Source of the DNA: Chlamydiales bacterium
GTDB taxonomy: Bacteria > Chlamydiota > Chlamydiia > Chlamydiales > SM23-39
Direction: 5' to 3'
NCBI GenBank assembly: GCA_035480615.1
Contig: DATIHO010000048.1
Span: 2,849 to 66,848, forward strand
DNA: 64,000 nt
Position numbers and translations under genes: made by a program
In this document: positions 34,104-43,961 of the stretch, piece after piece
How the letters are laid out: the number at the start of each line of letters is the position of its first letter
Position numbering within the stretch: the first letter of the stretch is position 1
The notes under the pieces: model-generated
Databases searched by the model: none
Told to the model about the DNA's origin: nothing
What the model saw: the letters and a program-made list of their open reading frames with translations, nothing else

Positions 34104-35312
34104 ATGAACTTAGCGACGAAAACAATGCCCTGGATGGCGGCCTCATTTTTAGCGGCTGCATCACTCTTTGGGCAAAATCAAAACCAAGGCGGATGTCCGC
34201 CCCAACCTTCTGTGTGCAAGCCTGTGCCGCCGCCACGTTGCGGCCCTCTTCAAGCTCCACAGCAGCCCACTGTATGCGCATATAATGCGCCTGCAGAAAT
34301 CAATATCGGCATGCAAGGCGATATCGACTTTTTCGTAACCGGCAGCTTTATTTATTGGCAGCCTTCGCAAGACAATATGTCTATCGGGCTGACAGACAAT
34401 AACCCGGTTCTGGGCGTCACTCCGGAACCCACAATCCAGGGCGCTTTTATCGACATGGATTTCGATTTCAAACCCGGTTTCCAAGTCGGTGCGGGAATGA
34501 ACCTTCAATGGGATGATTGGGTTGGATATGTCGAATATACCAGAGTCCACGGAACGCACCATGCCAGTTCAAACGGTCCGTTGACTACCCCAAGCATCTT
34601 GGCAACCCAGGGGCATTCCTGGATCTACGGGATAGCCGGGCAGCTCTTCAATACCGCGAATGGCAGTTACAGAAACAACCTCGACTTCGTTGATGTTGAA
34701 ATGAGCCGCGTCTACTACGTAGGCAGGTGGCTGGTGTTCCATTCGGCATGGGGAGCAAGGGGCGCGTGGATTACGCAAAACATGCATACGCAGTATAGGA
34801 ATACTACGGCTGCAGCAGTGAACGACATATCCGCAACCGTCATGTCTTATCCGGGAGAAGCGAATGTTTATCAAAGAGCGCATTCTTGGGGACTTGGTCC
34901 CAGATTGGGCTTAATCATGGATTGGATGCTTGGCTGCGGATTTAGATTCTTTGGATCCGGTTATGGAGATATTCTATATAGCCAATACAAAATCCAGGAC
35001 AAAACCGTTTTTATCCCATATGTTTCAAATGGCACGTCTCTTGCCACCGGACGCCCGGTCAGCATCATAACATATGATAAGGCCAGAAGCCTCTTGAGAG
35101 CCCACATGGATTTTGAAATGGGCTTGGGATGGGGATCTTACTTTGACCATAATGACTGGCATATCGATCTGTCAGCATCCTATGGATTCCAAGTATTCTT
35201 CGACCAAAATATGTTTCGGCAATTCCCTAGCGCGCGAGTCGGAATCAATACGATGCCGCATGGGAATCTCTATGTACAAGGTTTAACTGCTACGCTAAGA
35301 ATCGATTTCTAA
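34104..35312 (+). CDS. MOMP-like outer-membrane porin (Legionella/Waddlia OmpA-MOMP-like family)
   Basis: The start is set at MNLATKTMPWMAASFLAAASLFGQ (a signal peptide, preceded by GGAGAG). A Cys/Pro-rich N-terminus is followed by beta-strand-rich sequence ending ...LTATLRIDF, with the aromatic C-terminal residue typical of barrels. Confidence 0.7.
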   Translation: MNLATKTMPWMAASFLAAASLFGQNQNQGGCPPQPSVCKPVPPPRCGPLQAPQQPTVCAYNAPAEINIGMQGDIDFFVTGSFIYWQPSQDNMSIGLTDNNPVLGVTPEPTIQGAFIDMDFDFKPGFQVGAGMNLQWDDWVGYVEYTRVHGTHHASSNGPLTTPSILATQGHSWIYGIAGQLFNTANGSYRNNLDFVDVEMSRVYYVGRWLVFHSAWGARGAWITQNMHTQYRNTTAAAVNDISATVMSYPGEANVYQRAHSWGLGPRLGLIMDWMLGCGFRFFGSGYGDILYSQYKIQDKTVFIPYVSNGTSLATGRPVSIITYDKARSLLRAHMDFEMGLGWGSYFDHNDWHIDLSASYGFQVFFDQNMFRQFPSARVGINTMPHGNLYVQGLTATLRIDF

Positions 35313-35343
35313 GAGCGCGTCTGCAGCATAATCATATCTTCGG

Positions 35344-35375
35344 CAGGCCGGAAGAAATTCCGGCCTGTTTTTTTT
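35344..35375 (+). terminator. Rho-independent terminator downstream of the porin gene
   Basis: The structure is CAGGCCGG-aagaaatt-CCGGCCTG followed by T8. Confidence 0.7.
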
Positions 35376-35382
35376 GAAAACA

Positions 35383-38070
35383 TTATGTATTAAATTCATC
35401 GATCAAGTTTGCCACCAACGCAGTCCATCCGGTTTGATGGGAAGCTCCTAAACCACGCCCGCTATCGGCATGAAAATGTTCATAAAAAAACAAATGATCT
35501 TTAAAATGGGGATCTTTTTGGAATTTTTCCACATTTCCAAACATGGGCCTATTGCCTTGCTGATCTTTCTTAAAAAGATTTAAAAGCCTTTTTGAAAAGC
35601 TTTCGGCCATTTGATCCAATGTGACAGCCTCTTCGTTTGGTATTTTGATTTGCAATGAATCTTGAAACACCTCCCCAAGCCGTTTCAACGTTTCAATCAG
35701 AAGATAATTAATAGGAACCCAAATCGGACCTCTCCAGTTTGAATTCCCTCCTTTGATTTTCTCCTTTGTTTCTCCGGGTTCATAGCAAAGCGACTGGCCG
35801 TAAAGGCGAACAGGATGCTCCTTGTGATACTTTGAAAGGCTTCTTAACCCAAATTCTGAACGAAATTCATTAGGATCCCAAAGATAGGTTAAAAATCGGG
35901 CAAGTTCCTTCGAATCCAATAACCCAAATCGAAACTTTGTGCCTGCGGAATGGGAAATTTTTTGGACGCATTTATCAGTCAAATGGGACTTGTTTTTTAT
36001 GAACCATTGAAATGCCGAATAAAAATCGGGATATTGTTTCAATTCTTCCTCATCTAACACATCGCAGGCAAAAAACGGGATGACCCCTGTAAGAGACCGA
36101 ACCCGGATCTGATTGTGCTTCCCATCCGGACACCGAAGTGTGCTATAAAAAAATCCATCCTCTTCGCACCACATATCATAATGACGCCAATACCCCTTTC
36201 TCATCGCGGCCGTTACATACACAAAGTGTTGAAAAAATTTAATCCCCAACCCCTCGTAAATCGCATTTCTTTTTGCCAAAATCAGGGAGATGCGCATCAG
36301 ATTCAGGCAGAGAATCGATATCCATCCCGAGCCATCGGCTTGATCCAATAAAAACCCGGGGGGCAATTTTTCTGACCTCTCTGTAAAAAATCCAATGTTA
36401 TCCATTCCCAAAAATCCCCCTTCGAAGATATTGTGACCGAGGCTATCTACCTTGTTGATCCACCAGGCAAAATTGAGTAGCAGCTTATGAAAGCATTTTT
36501 CGAGATACGGATAATCTTCTTTCCCAAATTTCTTCTTTTCCAACTCAAAAATTTTTAAAACAGCCCAAGCCTGGACAGGGGGATTTACGTCGCTAAATTC
36601 CCATTCATAGGCCGGCAAAGCCCCATTCGGATGCTGAAATTGATCGAAAAGCAAAAGCCAAAGCTGCTGCTTCGCAAATTCCATGTCGATCAAAGCGAAG
36701 GTGAGGGCATGAAAGGAGAGATCCCAAGCCGCAAACCAGGGAAATTCCCACTTGTCGGGCATTAAAAAAACGCGCATGGAGATTACATGACGCCAATGAA
36801 TGTTTCGGATATTCTTGCGCTCTTCGGGAGGAGGTTTTTTGGGGTTGTCTCCTTCAATCCAGGCGCCTACATCGTAATTATAAATTTGCTTATTCCAAAT
36901 CATGCCTGCAAAAGCTTGCCGTTGAATCTCTTTTTCTTCTGCAGAGGCGGTTTTCGGATGGATAGATTGATAAAAAAGATCCGCTTCGGCTTTTCTCAGC
37001 GAGATGACCTCTTCAACAGATTCTAAAGGATTTTTCATCTTGCTTGGCGTCAAACGAAGATAAACAACTTTTCTCTCTCCGGGGGCAATATTCGGAAAAA
37101 AGTAATGAAATGCGGATTTGGTCCCCACCTGTTTGGGATTTACAGTATTCGCATGATTCTGAATGAGATACTGATGAAACGCGTCTTTCACATAGGGAGT
37201 ATCATTTGGTTTTTCCCACAGTGCATTTTGATTCGTATCGTTATTCGTAAAAAGAGAGCGTCCTCCTGAAGAGGCGTAAAGATACCGTTTTCCAAGATGG
37301 TAATCAAATGGAATGTGTTGAGGCGTTGGCATTTCGGTATCATCAGCTACCATGCACAATTCTCCATCCATCCGAATGATCGGTTCCGCCTTTTTCTCTC
37401 CTTCCCAACTCCACTGATTGCGAAACCAAAGTTGCGGTAAAATATGAAGAGGGGCATGGGCGGGACCCCGGTTGATCGCTTCGATCCGAATACAAATATC
37501 GTCAGGTTCTGCTTTTGCATATTCGATATAAAGATCAAAATAACGATCTTCATTAAAAATCCCGGTGTCCAGCAGTTCATATTCCGGATCATCCACCCCT
37601 CTTCCCACATTTTCTTCGACCAGTTTCTGGTAGGGAAAAGGAGTTTGAGGATATTTATAGAGATATTTGAGATAGCTATGGGTTGGAGTCGCATCCAAAT
37701 AATAATAGATCTCCTTTACATCCTCCCCGTGATTTCCTTCGAAGCAACTCAGCCCGAAAAGCCTTTCTTTCAAAATCGGATCTACCCCATTCCAAAAAAC
37801 AGGCGCGAATAGAAGAACCTGATACCGGTCGGAAATTCCTGCGATTCCATCTTCGCTCCATCTAAAAGCGCGAAAACGGGCATGGTCGTGAGGAAAAGAA
37901 CTCCACGCATCCCCATCTACGCTATAATCTTCCCGGACAGTCCCCCAGCTCCGTTCCGCGACATAAGGACCCCATTTTTCCCATTCGGAAAGAAAACCGA
38001 CCGAAGGATTAAACCCCTTGTTTCTTAAAAAATATGAAGCTTCTTCGATTCGTGTTCTTTCCGGATTCAT
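35383..38070 (-). CDS. GH63-like / MGH1-like glycoside hydrolase (putative glucosidase)
   Basis: 895 aa. The N-terminal block is WGPYVAERSWGTVREDYSVDGDAWSSFPHDHARFRAFRWSEDGIAG. The C-terminal part looks like an (alpha/alpha)6 barrel and ends ...FHADSGRGLGASHQTGWT. The assignment is by recollection of this conserved family. Confidence 0.6.
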   Translation of the reverse strand: MNPERTRIEEASYFLRNKGFNPSVGFLSEWEKWGPYVAERSWGTVREDYSVDGDAWSSFPHDHARFRAFRWSEDGIAGISDRYQVLLFAPVFWNGVDPILKERLFGLSCFEGNHGEDVKEIYYYLDATPTHSYLKYLYKYPQTPFPYQKLVEENVGRGVDDPEYELLDTGIFNEDRYFDLYIEYAKAEPDDICIRIEAINRGPAHAPLHILPQLWFRNQWSWEGEKKAEPIIRMDGELCMVADDTEMPTPQHIPFDYHLGKRYLYASSGGRSLFTNNDTNQNALWEKPNDTPYVKDAFHQYLIQNHANTVNPKQVGTKSAFHYFFPNIAPGERKVVYLRLTPSKMKNPLESVEEVISLRKAEADLFYQSIHPKTASAEEKEIQRQAFAGMIWNKQIYNYDVGAWIEGDNPKKPPPEERKNIRNIHWRHVISMRVFLMPDKWEFPWFAAWDLSFHALTFALIDMEFAKQQLWLLLFDQFQHPNGALPAYEWEFSDVNPPVQAWAVLKIFELEKKKFGKEDYPYLEKCFHKLLLNFAWWINKVDSLGHNIFEGGFLGMDNIGFFTERSEKLPPGFLLDQADGSGWISILCLNLMRISLILAKRNAIYEGLGIKFFQHFVYVTAAMRKGYWRHYDMWCEEDGFFYSTLRCPDGKHNQIRVRSLTGVIPFFACDVLDEEELKQYPDFYSAFQWFIKNKSHLTDKCVQKISHSAGTKFRFGLLDSKELARFLTYLWDPNEFRSEFGLRSLSKYHKEHPVRLYGQSLCYEPGETKEKIKGGNSNWRGPIWVPINYLLIETLKRLGEVFQDSLQIKIPNEEAVTLDQMAESFSKRLLNLFKKDQQGNRPMFGNVEKFQKDPHFKDHLFFYEHFHADSGRGLGASHQTGWTALVANLIDEFNT

Positions 38071-39059
38071 GGCTTTACATCTTCCACAAAAGCCGCCGCG
38101 CCAATCAGGCCGGTGTCATCATTTAATACAACTTGAATGGGGATCGTTTGGAGAAGACTCCGAAAACGGCCCTTGCTTATAAAGGAAGAAAGAAAACCCT
38201 CCCCCTTTAATCTTTCCAAAATATGCGGCGCAATTCCCCCTCCCAGATAAATGCCTCCAAGAGCCGAAAATCTCAATGCCACATTTCCCACTTCAGCGCC
38301 GTAAATGGATACAAACCAGTCAAGCGCCTTTGCACATGTCCTATCTTTATTTTTTACTCCCCATTCCGACACCACCATTGCCGGGTCTCTTTGTTCCATT
38401 TCCATTTTCACTTCGGGAGAAAGCAAGCTTTGATTTGTATCCACCAAGAATCGAAAAATATTATAGAGTCCAGGGCCAGACACTACCCTTTCATAGGAAA
38501 CATGATCAAACTGATTTTTAAGATATTGGAAAAGAGCAATCTCCTCATTATTTCGAGGCGCAAAATCCGAATGTCCCCCTTCGGATGCGAAAGGATGGTG
38601 CTTTTTTCCATCCCAATACAATCCCGCTTCTCCGAGGCCGGTGCCTGCGGAAACCAGAGCCCGGTTTCCTTGGCCGCCCGAATTTCCTGTCTGAAGGGAA
38701 TAGAGATCCTCTTTTTTAAGCAAATGCAAACCGTGCGCGTTTGTTTCGAGATCATTCAACAGCTTTGTCTGAATCTGAAACGTATGGCTCAATTGCGCCT
38801 CATCCAATACCCATGGCAAGTTGGTCGCTTTGCATTTCCCATTGAGCACTGCTCCGGCAATCCCAAAACAGGCCTTTGACGCGGTTTTTCCTTCCGATTG
38901 CATGAATTCCTTGATGATCAATTCGAGTCCCGGGTATTTACGGCTGGGATACTTTTTATCGGAAATTTTCTTCCCTTTTTCGAAAAAAGCAAGCCGCGTA
39001 TGCGTTCCCCCGACATCTCCAACCAAGATCATTTTATCTCCTTTGTTTAGAGTTATCAT
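38067..39059 (-). CDS. glk: Glucokinase
   Basis: ILVGDVGGTHTRLA is the N-terminal ATP-binding motif, and the rest follows the Glk family layout. It overlaps the downstream hydrolase gene by 4 bp. Confidence 0.85.
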   Translation of the reverse strand: MITLNKGDKMILVGDVGGTHTRLAFFEKGKKISDKKYPSRKYPGLELIIKEFMQSEGKTASKACFGIAGAVLNGKCKATNLPWVLDEAQLSHTFQIQTKLLNDLETNAHGLHLLKKEDLYSLQTGNSGGQGNRALVSAGTGLGEAGLYWDGKKHHPFASEGGHSDFAPRNNEEIALFQYLKNQFDHVSYERVVSGPGLYNIFRFLVDTNQSLLSPEVKMEMEQRDPAMVVSEWGVKNKDRTCAKALDWFVSIYGAEVGNVALRFSALGGIYLGGGIAPHILERLKGEGFLSSFISKGRFRSLLQTIPIQVVLNDDTGLIGAAAFVEDVKP

Positions 39060-39133
39060 AAGAGGCGCTTTTTTTTCTTTGACTAGAAGGGGATCTTCCT
39101 TCCATGCTTATAGAGATACGGAGGTAATAATCT

Positions 39134-40192
39134 ATGACTCAACAACAACCTGCAGTAGATTCTGCAAAAAAAAAGGCGCTTGAACTTGCCATTGCCCATA
39201 TTCAAAAACAATTTGGGGAAGGGGCGATCATGGCCCTTGGCAAACATTCCGCCGCCCACGGCCTCAGCGTCATCAAAACAGGGGCTGTTTCTCTCGATCT
39301 CGCTCTTGGCGTTGGCGGTGTTCCCCGAGGAAGAATCATTGAAATCTACGGACCCGAATCTTCCGGTAAGTCCACATTGGCAACCCATATTGTTGCAAAT
39401 GCACAAAAATCGGGAGGTCTTGCTGCCTATATCGATGCTGAACATGCTCTCGATCCTGCTTATGCTGCGAAAATCGGGGTCAATATTGACGATCTTATGA
39501 TTTCTCAGCCTGATAATGGCGAAGAGGCTTTGAACATTGCCGAAATGCTGGCCCGCTCCAATGCGATAGATGTGATCGTAATCGATTCGGTTGCCGCACT
39601 TGTTCCCAAATCGGAACTCGAGGGAGAAATTGGAGATCAGCATATGGGGCTTCAGGCCAGGATGATGTCTCAAGCGCTTCGAAAATTGACAGCCACTTTG
39701 TCCAGAAGCAATACCTGCGCAATTTTCATCAACCAAATCCGCGAAAAGATCGGGGTGATGTTTGGAAATCCCGAAACCACGACAGGGGGCCGCGCCCTGA
39801 AATTTTATGCTTCGATCCGGATGGATATTCGCCGTATTACAGGCATTAAAAGTTCAGATAACGGAGCTGATATCGGCTCACGGGTCCGGGTAAAAGTTGT
39901 GAAAAACAAATGCGCTCCGCCATTTCAATCTGCGGAATTCGACATCATTTTCAATGAAGGCATTTCTCATATCGGCTCATTGATCGATATCGGCGTCGAT
40001 TGCGGCGTCATCGATAAAAAAGGGACCTGGTTCAGTTACCAAACCCATCGTCTTGGCCAAGGCCGAGAGGCGGCTCGTGAAGAACTGAAAAACAATTCCA
40101 AATTAACCGAAGAGATTGAAAAAAACATTCTTGCCAAAATGCAACAGGCGAGGACGCCCTCAACAACAAATGCCGCAGAGGCTCTGGTGTAA
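39134..40192 (+). CDS. recA: Recombinase RecA
   Basis: [44 protein letters not shown] and [22 protein letters not shown] are all present. Confidence 0.97.
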   Translation: MTQQQPAVDSAKKKALELAIAHIQKQFGEGAIMALGKHSAAHGLSVIKTGAVSLDLALGVGGVPRGRIIEIYGPESSGKSTLATHIVANAQKSGGLAAYIDAEHALDPAYAAKIGVNIDDLMISQPDNGEEALNIAEMLARSNAIDVIVIDSVAALVPKSELEGEIGDQHMGLQARMMSQALRKLTATLSRSNTCAIFINQIREKIGVMFGNPETTTGGRALKFYASIRMDIRRITGIKSSDNGADIGSRVRVKVVKNKCAPPFQSAEFDIIFNEGISHIGSLIDIGVDCGVIDKKGTWFSYQTHRLGQGREAAREELKNNSKLTEEIEKNILAKMQQARTPSTTNAAEALV

Positions 40193-41023
40193 GGCTTCAA
40201 ACAACTCTTGAAACGGCTCTGTCCAAAGATGGAGTTTTTTCAAAGAGGTTCGAAATAAAGCGATCTCCTTTTCAAAAAGGGAAATCGCTTTTTTTCTTCC
40301 AAATAACATAGCGATATTCATTTCTTTCACGCCATCTTGTACATCGTCTTGCAAATCATCGGCAATCTGAAATGCCATGCCAAGATGAAAGGCCAGTTTT
40401 TGTAACTCTTTCACGCAAGATGTGCATCCGCCTCCAAAAAGCCAACCGAAAAGGAAAGAGATTTCAAACAGGGTAGTCGTTTTTTGCACGATCACTTTCC
40501 GGATCGTCTTCCAGCTTGAATCGGGCGGAAACAGATCTAAATATTGCCCACTTGTGGCGCCCTGGATCCCGGCGCATTTGGTAGCGGCGGAGAGGCAAAG
40601 AAATGAAGCTTCGCTTGCCTTCGAACAAAAACGGTTGTCTTGACTCATTTGCTCCTGATTGAGGTAAATCCCTCCATATCCTTCCGCGATCAACGTATAG
40701 CTCGCCAATATGGCGGTAGCCTCTCCAAAAGCTTTGTGCAAAGAGAGGCGGTTTCTCCGCAATTCATCATTGTCCATACAAGGAAGGTCATCCGCAATCA
40801 AAGACGCCGTATGAAAAAACTCCACTCCCAATGCCGCCGGAAGGACATTTAAACCATTGGATAAAGCATCGGCAGTCATCATGACGATCAATGGGCGGAT
40901 TCTTTTTCCTCCAGAGACAAGGGCATATTCGCAAGCATCGCGCAAACGGCTTTTTTTCCCAAAACGTTCGATTGCCAAGGGGAGTTCTTTTTCAAATTTT
41001 TGACGGTAATTTTCAAGGAGCAT
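40160..41023 (-). CDS. Polyprenyl diphosphate synthase (FPP/GGPP synthase, IspA-like)
   Basis: GGKRIRP is present, with the first Asp-rich motif ([16 protein letters not shown]) and the second (QIADDLQD). Confidence 0.85.
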   Translation of the reverse strand: MLLENYRQKFEKELPLAIERFGKKSRLRDACEYALVSGGKRIRPLIVMMTADALSNGLNVLPAALGVEFFHTASLIADDLPCMDNDELRRNRLSLHKAFGEATAILASYTLIAEGYGGIYLNQEQMSQDNRFCSKASEASFLCLSAATKCAGIQGATSGQYLDLFPPDSSWKTIRKVIVQKTTTLFEISFLFGWLFGGGCTSCVKELQKLAFHLGMAFQIADDLQDDVQDGVKEMNIAMLFGRKKAISLFEKEIALFRTSLKKLHLWTEPFQELFEALHQSLCGICC

Positions 41024-41744
41024 GCGCTTTTTCCGTTAGCTCACGGTTTCTTAAAGCAAAAAGAGGGTTGGTGATAGGTTCTATATGGACTTTTGCGGCC
41101 GCTTCAATTTGACTAAAGGGAGGGATCGACCCGCCAAAATGCAAAAGAGGATAGGAAATGCTGTCTTTGCCAATGAGAGTCCCTGGATTTAAGACGCAAT
41201 TGCACCCGATCTGCACCCGGTCTCCAATCACAGCGCCGAATTTTTTTAAACCGGTCAAAACCCGATTTCCGCAATCCCAAATAGACACTTCTTTTCTATC
41301 AAGACGCAAATTCGCGCATTTGACTCCGGCCCCCAAATTGACTCCATTGCCTATGATTGAATCTCCGATATAGGCGAAATGCGTGGCCGCCACATCGTCG
41401 AGAAGAATCGAATGTTTGATTTCCGTCCCATGTCCAACGACAGATCGATTTCCGCAAATCACCCCCCCCCGTAAATAAGCTCCATGCCGCAAGATGCAAT
41501 TCGAGCCGATGATGCAAGGCCCCTGAATGAACACTCCGGGTTCAATCACCGTATTTCGACCAATTGCGATGAGTTCGGCTCGCTCCAAATGGACTCCCGA
41601 CGCGATTTGAATCTCTATACGGAAAACTGATTTCATCAAGTAATTATTTAATAAAAGAAGCGGCGACCAGATGGGTTCCCCTGGCCTCCAAAGGGCGCTA
41701 TGAGAAAAGCGTTGAAGAGAAAAATAGTCTGAGATTTCAAGCAT
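41013..41744 (-). CDS. Left-handed beta-helix (hexapeptide-repeat) transferase, GlmU C-terminal-like
   Basis: Consecutive hexapeptide repeats are present (IGRNTVIEPGVFIQGPCIIGSNCILRHGAYLRGGVICGNRSVVGHGTEIK...). The gene contains a G9 homopolymer on the coding strand. Confidence 0.65.
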   Translation of the reverse strand: MLEISDYFSLQRFSHSALWRPGEPIWSPLLLLNNYLMKSVFRIEIQIASGVHLERAELIAIGRNTVIEPGVFIQGPCIIGSNCILRHGAYLRGGVICGNRSVVGHGTEIKHSILLDDVAATHFAYIGDSIIGNGVNLGAGVKCANLRLDRKEVSIWDCGNRVLTGLKKFGAVIGDRVQIGCNCVLNPGTLIGKDSISYPLLHFGGSIPPFSQIEAAAKVHIEPITNPLFALRNRELTEKAHAP

Positions 41745-41751
41745 CTTCGAG

Positions 41752-41789
41752 TATACCCAAAGTGATTCAAAAGTTGGCCTTTGGGTATA
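41752..41789 (+). repeat. Hairpin module B (TATACCCAAAG-N16-CTTTGGGTATA)
   Basis: The sequence is tatacccaaagtgattcaaaagttggcctttgggtata, with a perfect 11-bp stem. It lies 8 nt upstream of the start codon at 41744. Confidence 0.9.
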
Positions 41790-41933
41790 GTATACGCGGA
41801 TCTGCCGTTCTTATGAACAACTTCCACAATCTCTATAGATTTAATAGAGTCTAAAGAATTAGATATTCTTCTTCTGTCTTTGTGGAAATGTAGATAACTC
41901 AAGCAGATTTGGGAGAGAAAAAGGGGGGGGAAA

Positions 41934-42026
41934 CCTTGTTCATAACTTGTTGACAACTTGTTCAAAACCCCTCGGTTTTGAACAAAGTCAAACTTATCGA
42001 CAGGTTTTGAACAAAGTTATGAACAA
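41934..42026. promoter_or_regulatory. Array of six ~12-mer motifs (CTTGTTCAWAAC; three direct, three inverted) capable of alternative hairpins
   Basis: The sequence is ccttgttcataac ttgttgacaac cttgttcaaaac ccctcg gttttgaacaaag ... gttttgaacaaag ttatgaacaa. It lies between the stop codon at 42032 and the start codon at 41744, both on the minus strand. Confidence 0.4.
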
Positions 42027-42031
42027 AAAAG

Positions 42032-42559
42032 TTAGAGCTTGGCTAGCGCCCGATAGCCGAAATAAAACAGAGGACAGCCTGCAAGGCAATAGACAAACCA
42101 CCAGCTTGCATCCCATTTTAAAACAACAACTCCCTTATGCGAAAAAAGAAGAATCAAAAGACCGAGTAAAACAAGCTGCGCTCCCAAAGTAAAAAGAACA
42201 GTTGGAATAAACACATTTTTAGATTCTTCCTCTAGAGGAGTTTCTTTCTGAGATGCTTCGCGGCTGGCCTCTGGCTGCCTTGGCGCTGGATGCGATGGAT
42301 AGAGGGATTGGGAAGTTTGAGCATCGACCATCCGATTTGGATTTGAATAGAGAGAAAAATGGCCCTGTTCCGATGTTTCTTTTCTTAAATCGGCTGCGCA
42401 AAACGGACATACAATGACCTCAAGGTCAATTTCCCCTTCGCAGTTGTGGCAAAGTTTTTGTCTTTTTTTGGGTTTTCTCGCAGTTTCTTCCATAGCAATG
42501 ATATTAGCCATTTTCTGTTTTTTCCGTCCCTTGTTAAAATGTTGAAAAGAGGATTTCAT
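42032..42559 (-). CDS. Hypothetical zinc-ribbon membrane protein
   Basis: A CHNC-x13-CPFC ribbon is followed by a low-complexity linker and two C-terminal TM segments. The start is possibly MANIIAMEE (~42511). Confidence 0.45.
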   Translation of the reverse strand: MKSSFQHFNKGRKKQKMANIIAMEETARKPKKRQKLCHNCEGEIDLEVIVCPFCAADLRKETSEQGHFSLYSNPNRMVDAQTSQSLYPSHPAPRQPEASREASQKETPLEEESKNVFIPTVLFTLGAQLVLLGLLILLFSHKGVVVLKWDASWWFVYCLAGCPLFYFGYRALAKL

Positions 42560-43961
42560 GACAGAAAGAAAAAAATTTAATGTGGCTGTGATTGGTTCCG
42601 GACCCGGCGGCTATACAGCGGCGATCCGCGCGGCGCAATTGGGGAAATCGGTTGCGTTGATCGAAAAAGATTTATTGGGAGGCACTTGTTTGAATGTCGG
42701 ATGTATCCCAAGCAAAGCGCTTCTTTCAAACGCTGCGGTTTTGCATCAGGTGAAAAGAGCTGCTGATTTTGGTATTTCAACCGGGCCCATTTCTTTTCAA
42801 TACAGCAAAATGAAAGCGAGAAAAGACGCTGTCGTAGCCAAGATCCGCTCCGGACTTTTGGGGCTTTTGAAGTCCAATCAAATCACTATAGTTCATGGAA
42901 ACGCCAAATTTGAATCTCCCCGGGAATTGAAAATAACGGGCCAGGACAATCTCTTGATTTCTGCAGAACAGATCATTATTGCAACAGGCTCCGTGCCTTT
43001 GGACACTCCGGCTTTTCGATGCGACCACAAACGAATTTTAAACTCCACCTCGATCCTGGAGATTGTCGAAGCGCCTAAAAGCCTTGCGATCATTGGGGGA
43101 GGGTATATCGGCTGTGAATTCGCATCGCTTTTTGCAGAACTTGGGACAAAAGTTACGATTATCGAAGCTCTTTCCGCCATCTTGGCCCCTCAGGGAGCGG
43201 AAGTGTCTCAATATATGACTAAAGTATTCACAAAAAAAGGAATGGAGATTCGGACAAACGCTAAAGTTTTAAAGGTAGAAGATCAAGGACAAAGCGTCCA
43301 GATCCTTTTGGAAGGAAACCAGACGGTTGAGGCGGAGCTTTGTTTAGTCTCGGTGGGCCGCAAAATTTATACCGAAGGGCTTCATTTGGAAAAAGCGGGT
43401 TTGAAACTGGCTGAAAGGGGTTTTTTGGAAATTAATGACAAAATGGAAACAGAGGTGAAAGGAATTTATGCGGTCGGAGATGTAACGGGTAAATGGATGC
43501 TTGCCCATGTAGCTTCCCATCAAGGAATTGTAGCCGCGTCCAATGCCTCTGGTCATTTTGATAAAATGCATTATGACGCGGTCCCTGCGGTCATTTTTAC
43601 AACGCCTGAAATCGCAATGGTTGGAATGACACTGGAAGCTGCAACAAAAGCCGGGTTTAATGCTGTAGTGGGAACGTTTCCCTTGACAATTCTTGGAAAA
43701 GCGCAAGCGGCCCTGGATACTGAGGGATTTTCCCAGATCGTTTCAGATAAAAAAACCGGGCAAATTCTAGGGGCTGTCGTCATTGGGCATGAAGCTTCCA
43801 ATCTGATTGCTGAAATGACCCTTGCCATTCAAAATGAATTGACGCTAGAGTCGGTAATAGGGACGATTCATGCCCACCCGACTCTTGCTGAAAGTTGGCT
43901 GGAAGCAGCCCTCATTGCGGCCGATCGCCCCATTCACTTTCCGCCAAAGCAAAAAAAATGA
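42558..43961 (+). CDS. lpdA: Dihydrolipoyl dehydrogenase
   Basis: VIGSGPGGY, the redox centre GGTCLNVGCIPSK, and the C-terminal dimerisation block HAHPTLAE are present. Confidence 0.92.
   Translation: MTERKKFNVAVIGSGPGGYTAAIRAAQLGKSVALIEKDLLGGTCLNVGCIPSKALLSNAAVLHQVKRAADFGISTGPISFQYSKMKARKDAVVAKIRSGLLGLLKSNQITIVHGNAKFESPRELKITGQDNLLISAEQIIIATGSVPLDTPAFRCDHKRILNSTSILEIVEAPKSLAIIGGGYIGCEFASLFAELGTKVTIIEALSAILAPQGAEVSQYMTKVFTKKGMEIRTNAKVLKVEDQGQSVQILLEGNQTVEAELCLVSVGRKIYTEGLHLEKAGLKLAERGFLEINDKMETEVKGIYAVGDVTGKWMLAHVASHQGIVAASNASGHFDKMHYDAVPAVIFTTPEIAMVGMTLEAATKAGFNAVVGTFPLTILGKAQAALDTEGFSQIVSDKKTGQILGAVVIGHEASNLIAEMTLAIQNELTLESVIGTIHAHPTLAESWLEAALIAADRPIHFPPKQKK

Noticed and set aside
39083-39736. 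217-aa - strand ORF
   Set aside because: It is antisense to recA, so it is a shadow ORF. The same reasoning applies to 38223..38879 (antisense to glk), 44059..44646 (antisense to lipA), 12952..13482 (antisense to topA), 2643..3134 (antisense to putA) and 63268..63774 (antisense to recB).
14962-41789. The near-identical hairpin modules A and B as the att boundaries of a 26.8-kb genomic island
   Set aside because: The interval contains core genes (rho, coaE, polA, glk, recA) interspersed with only small accessory patches. The repeats are better explained as dispersed copies of a short element.
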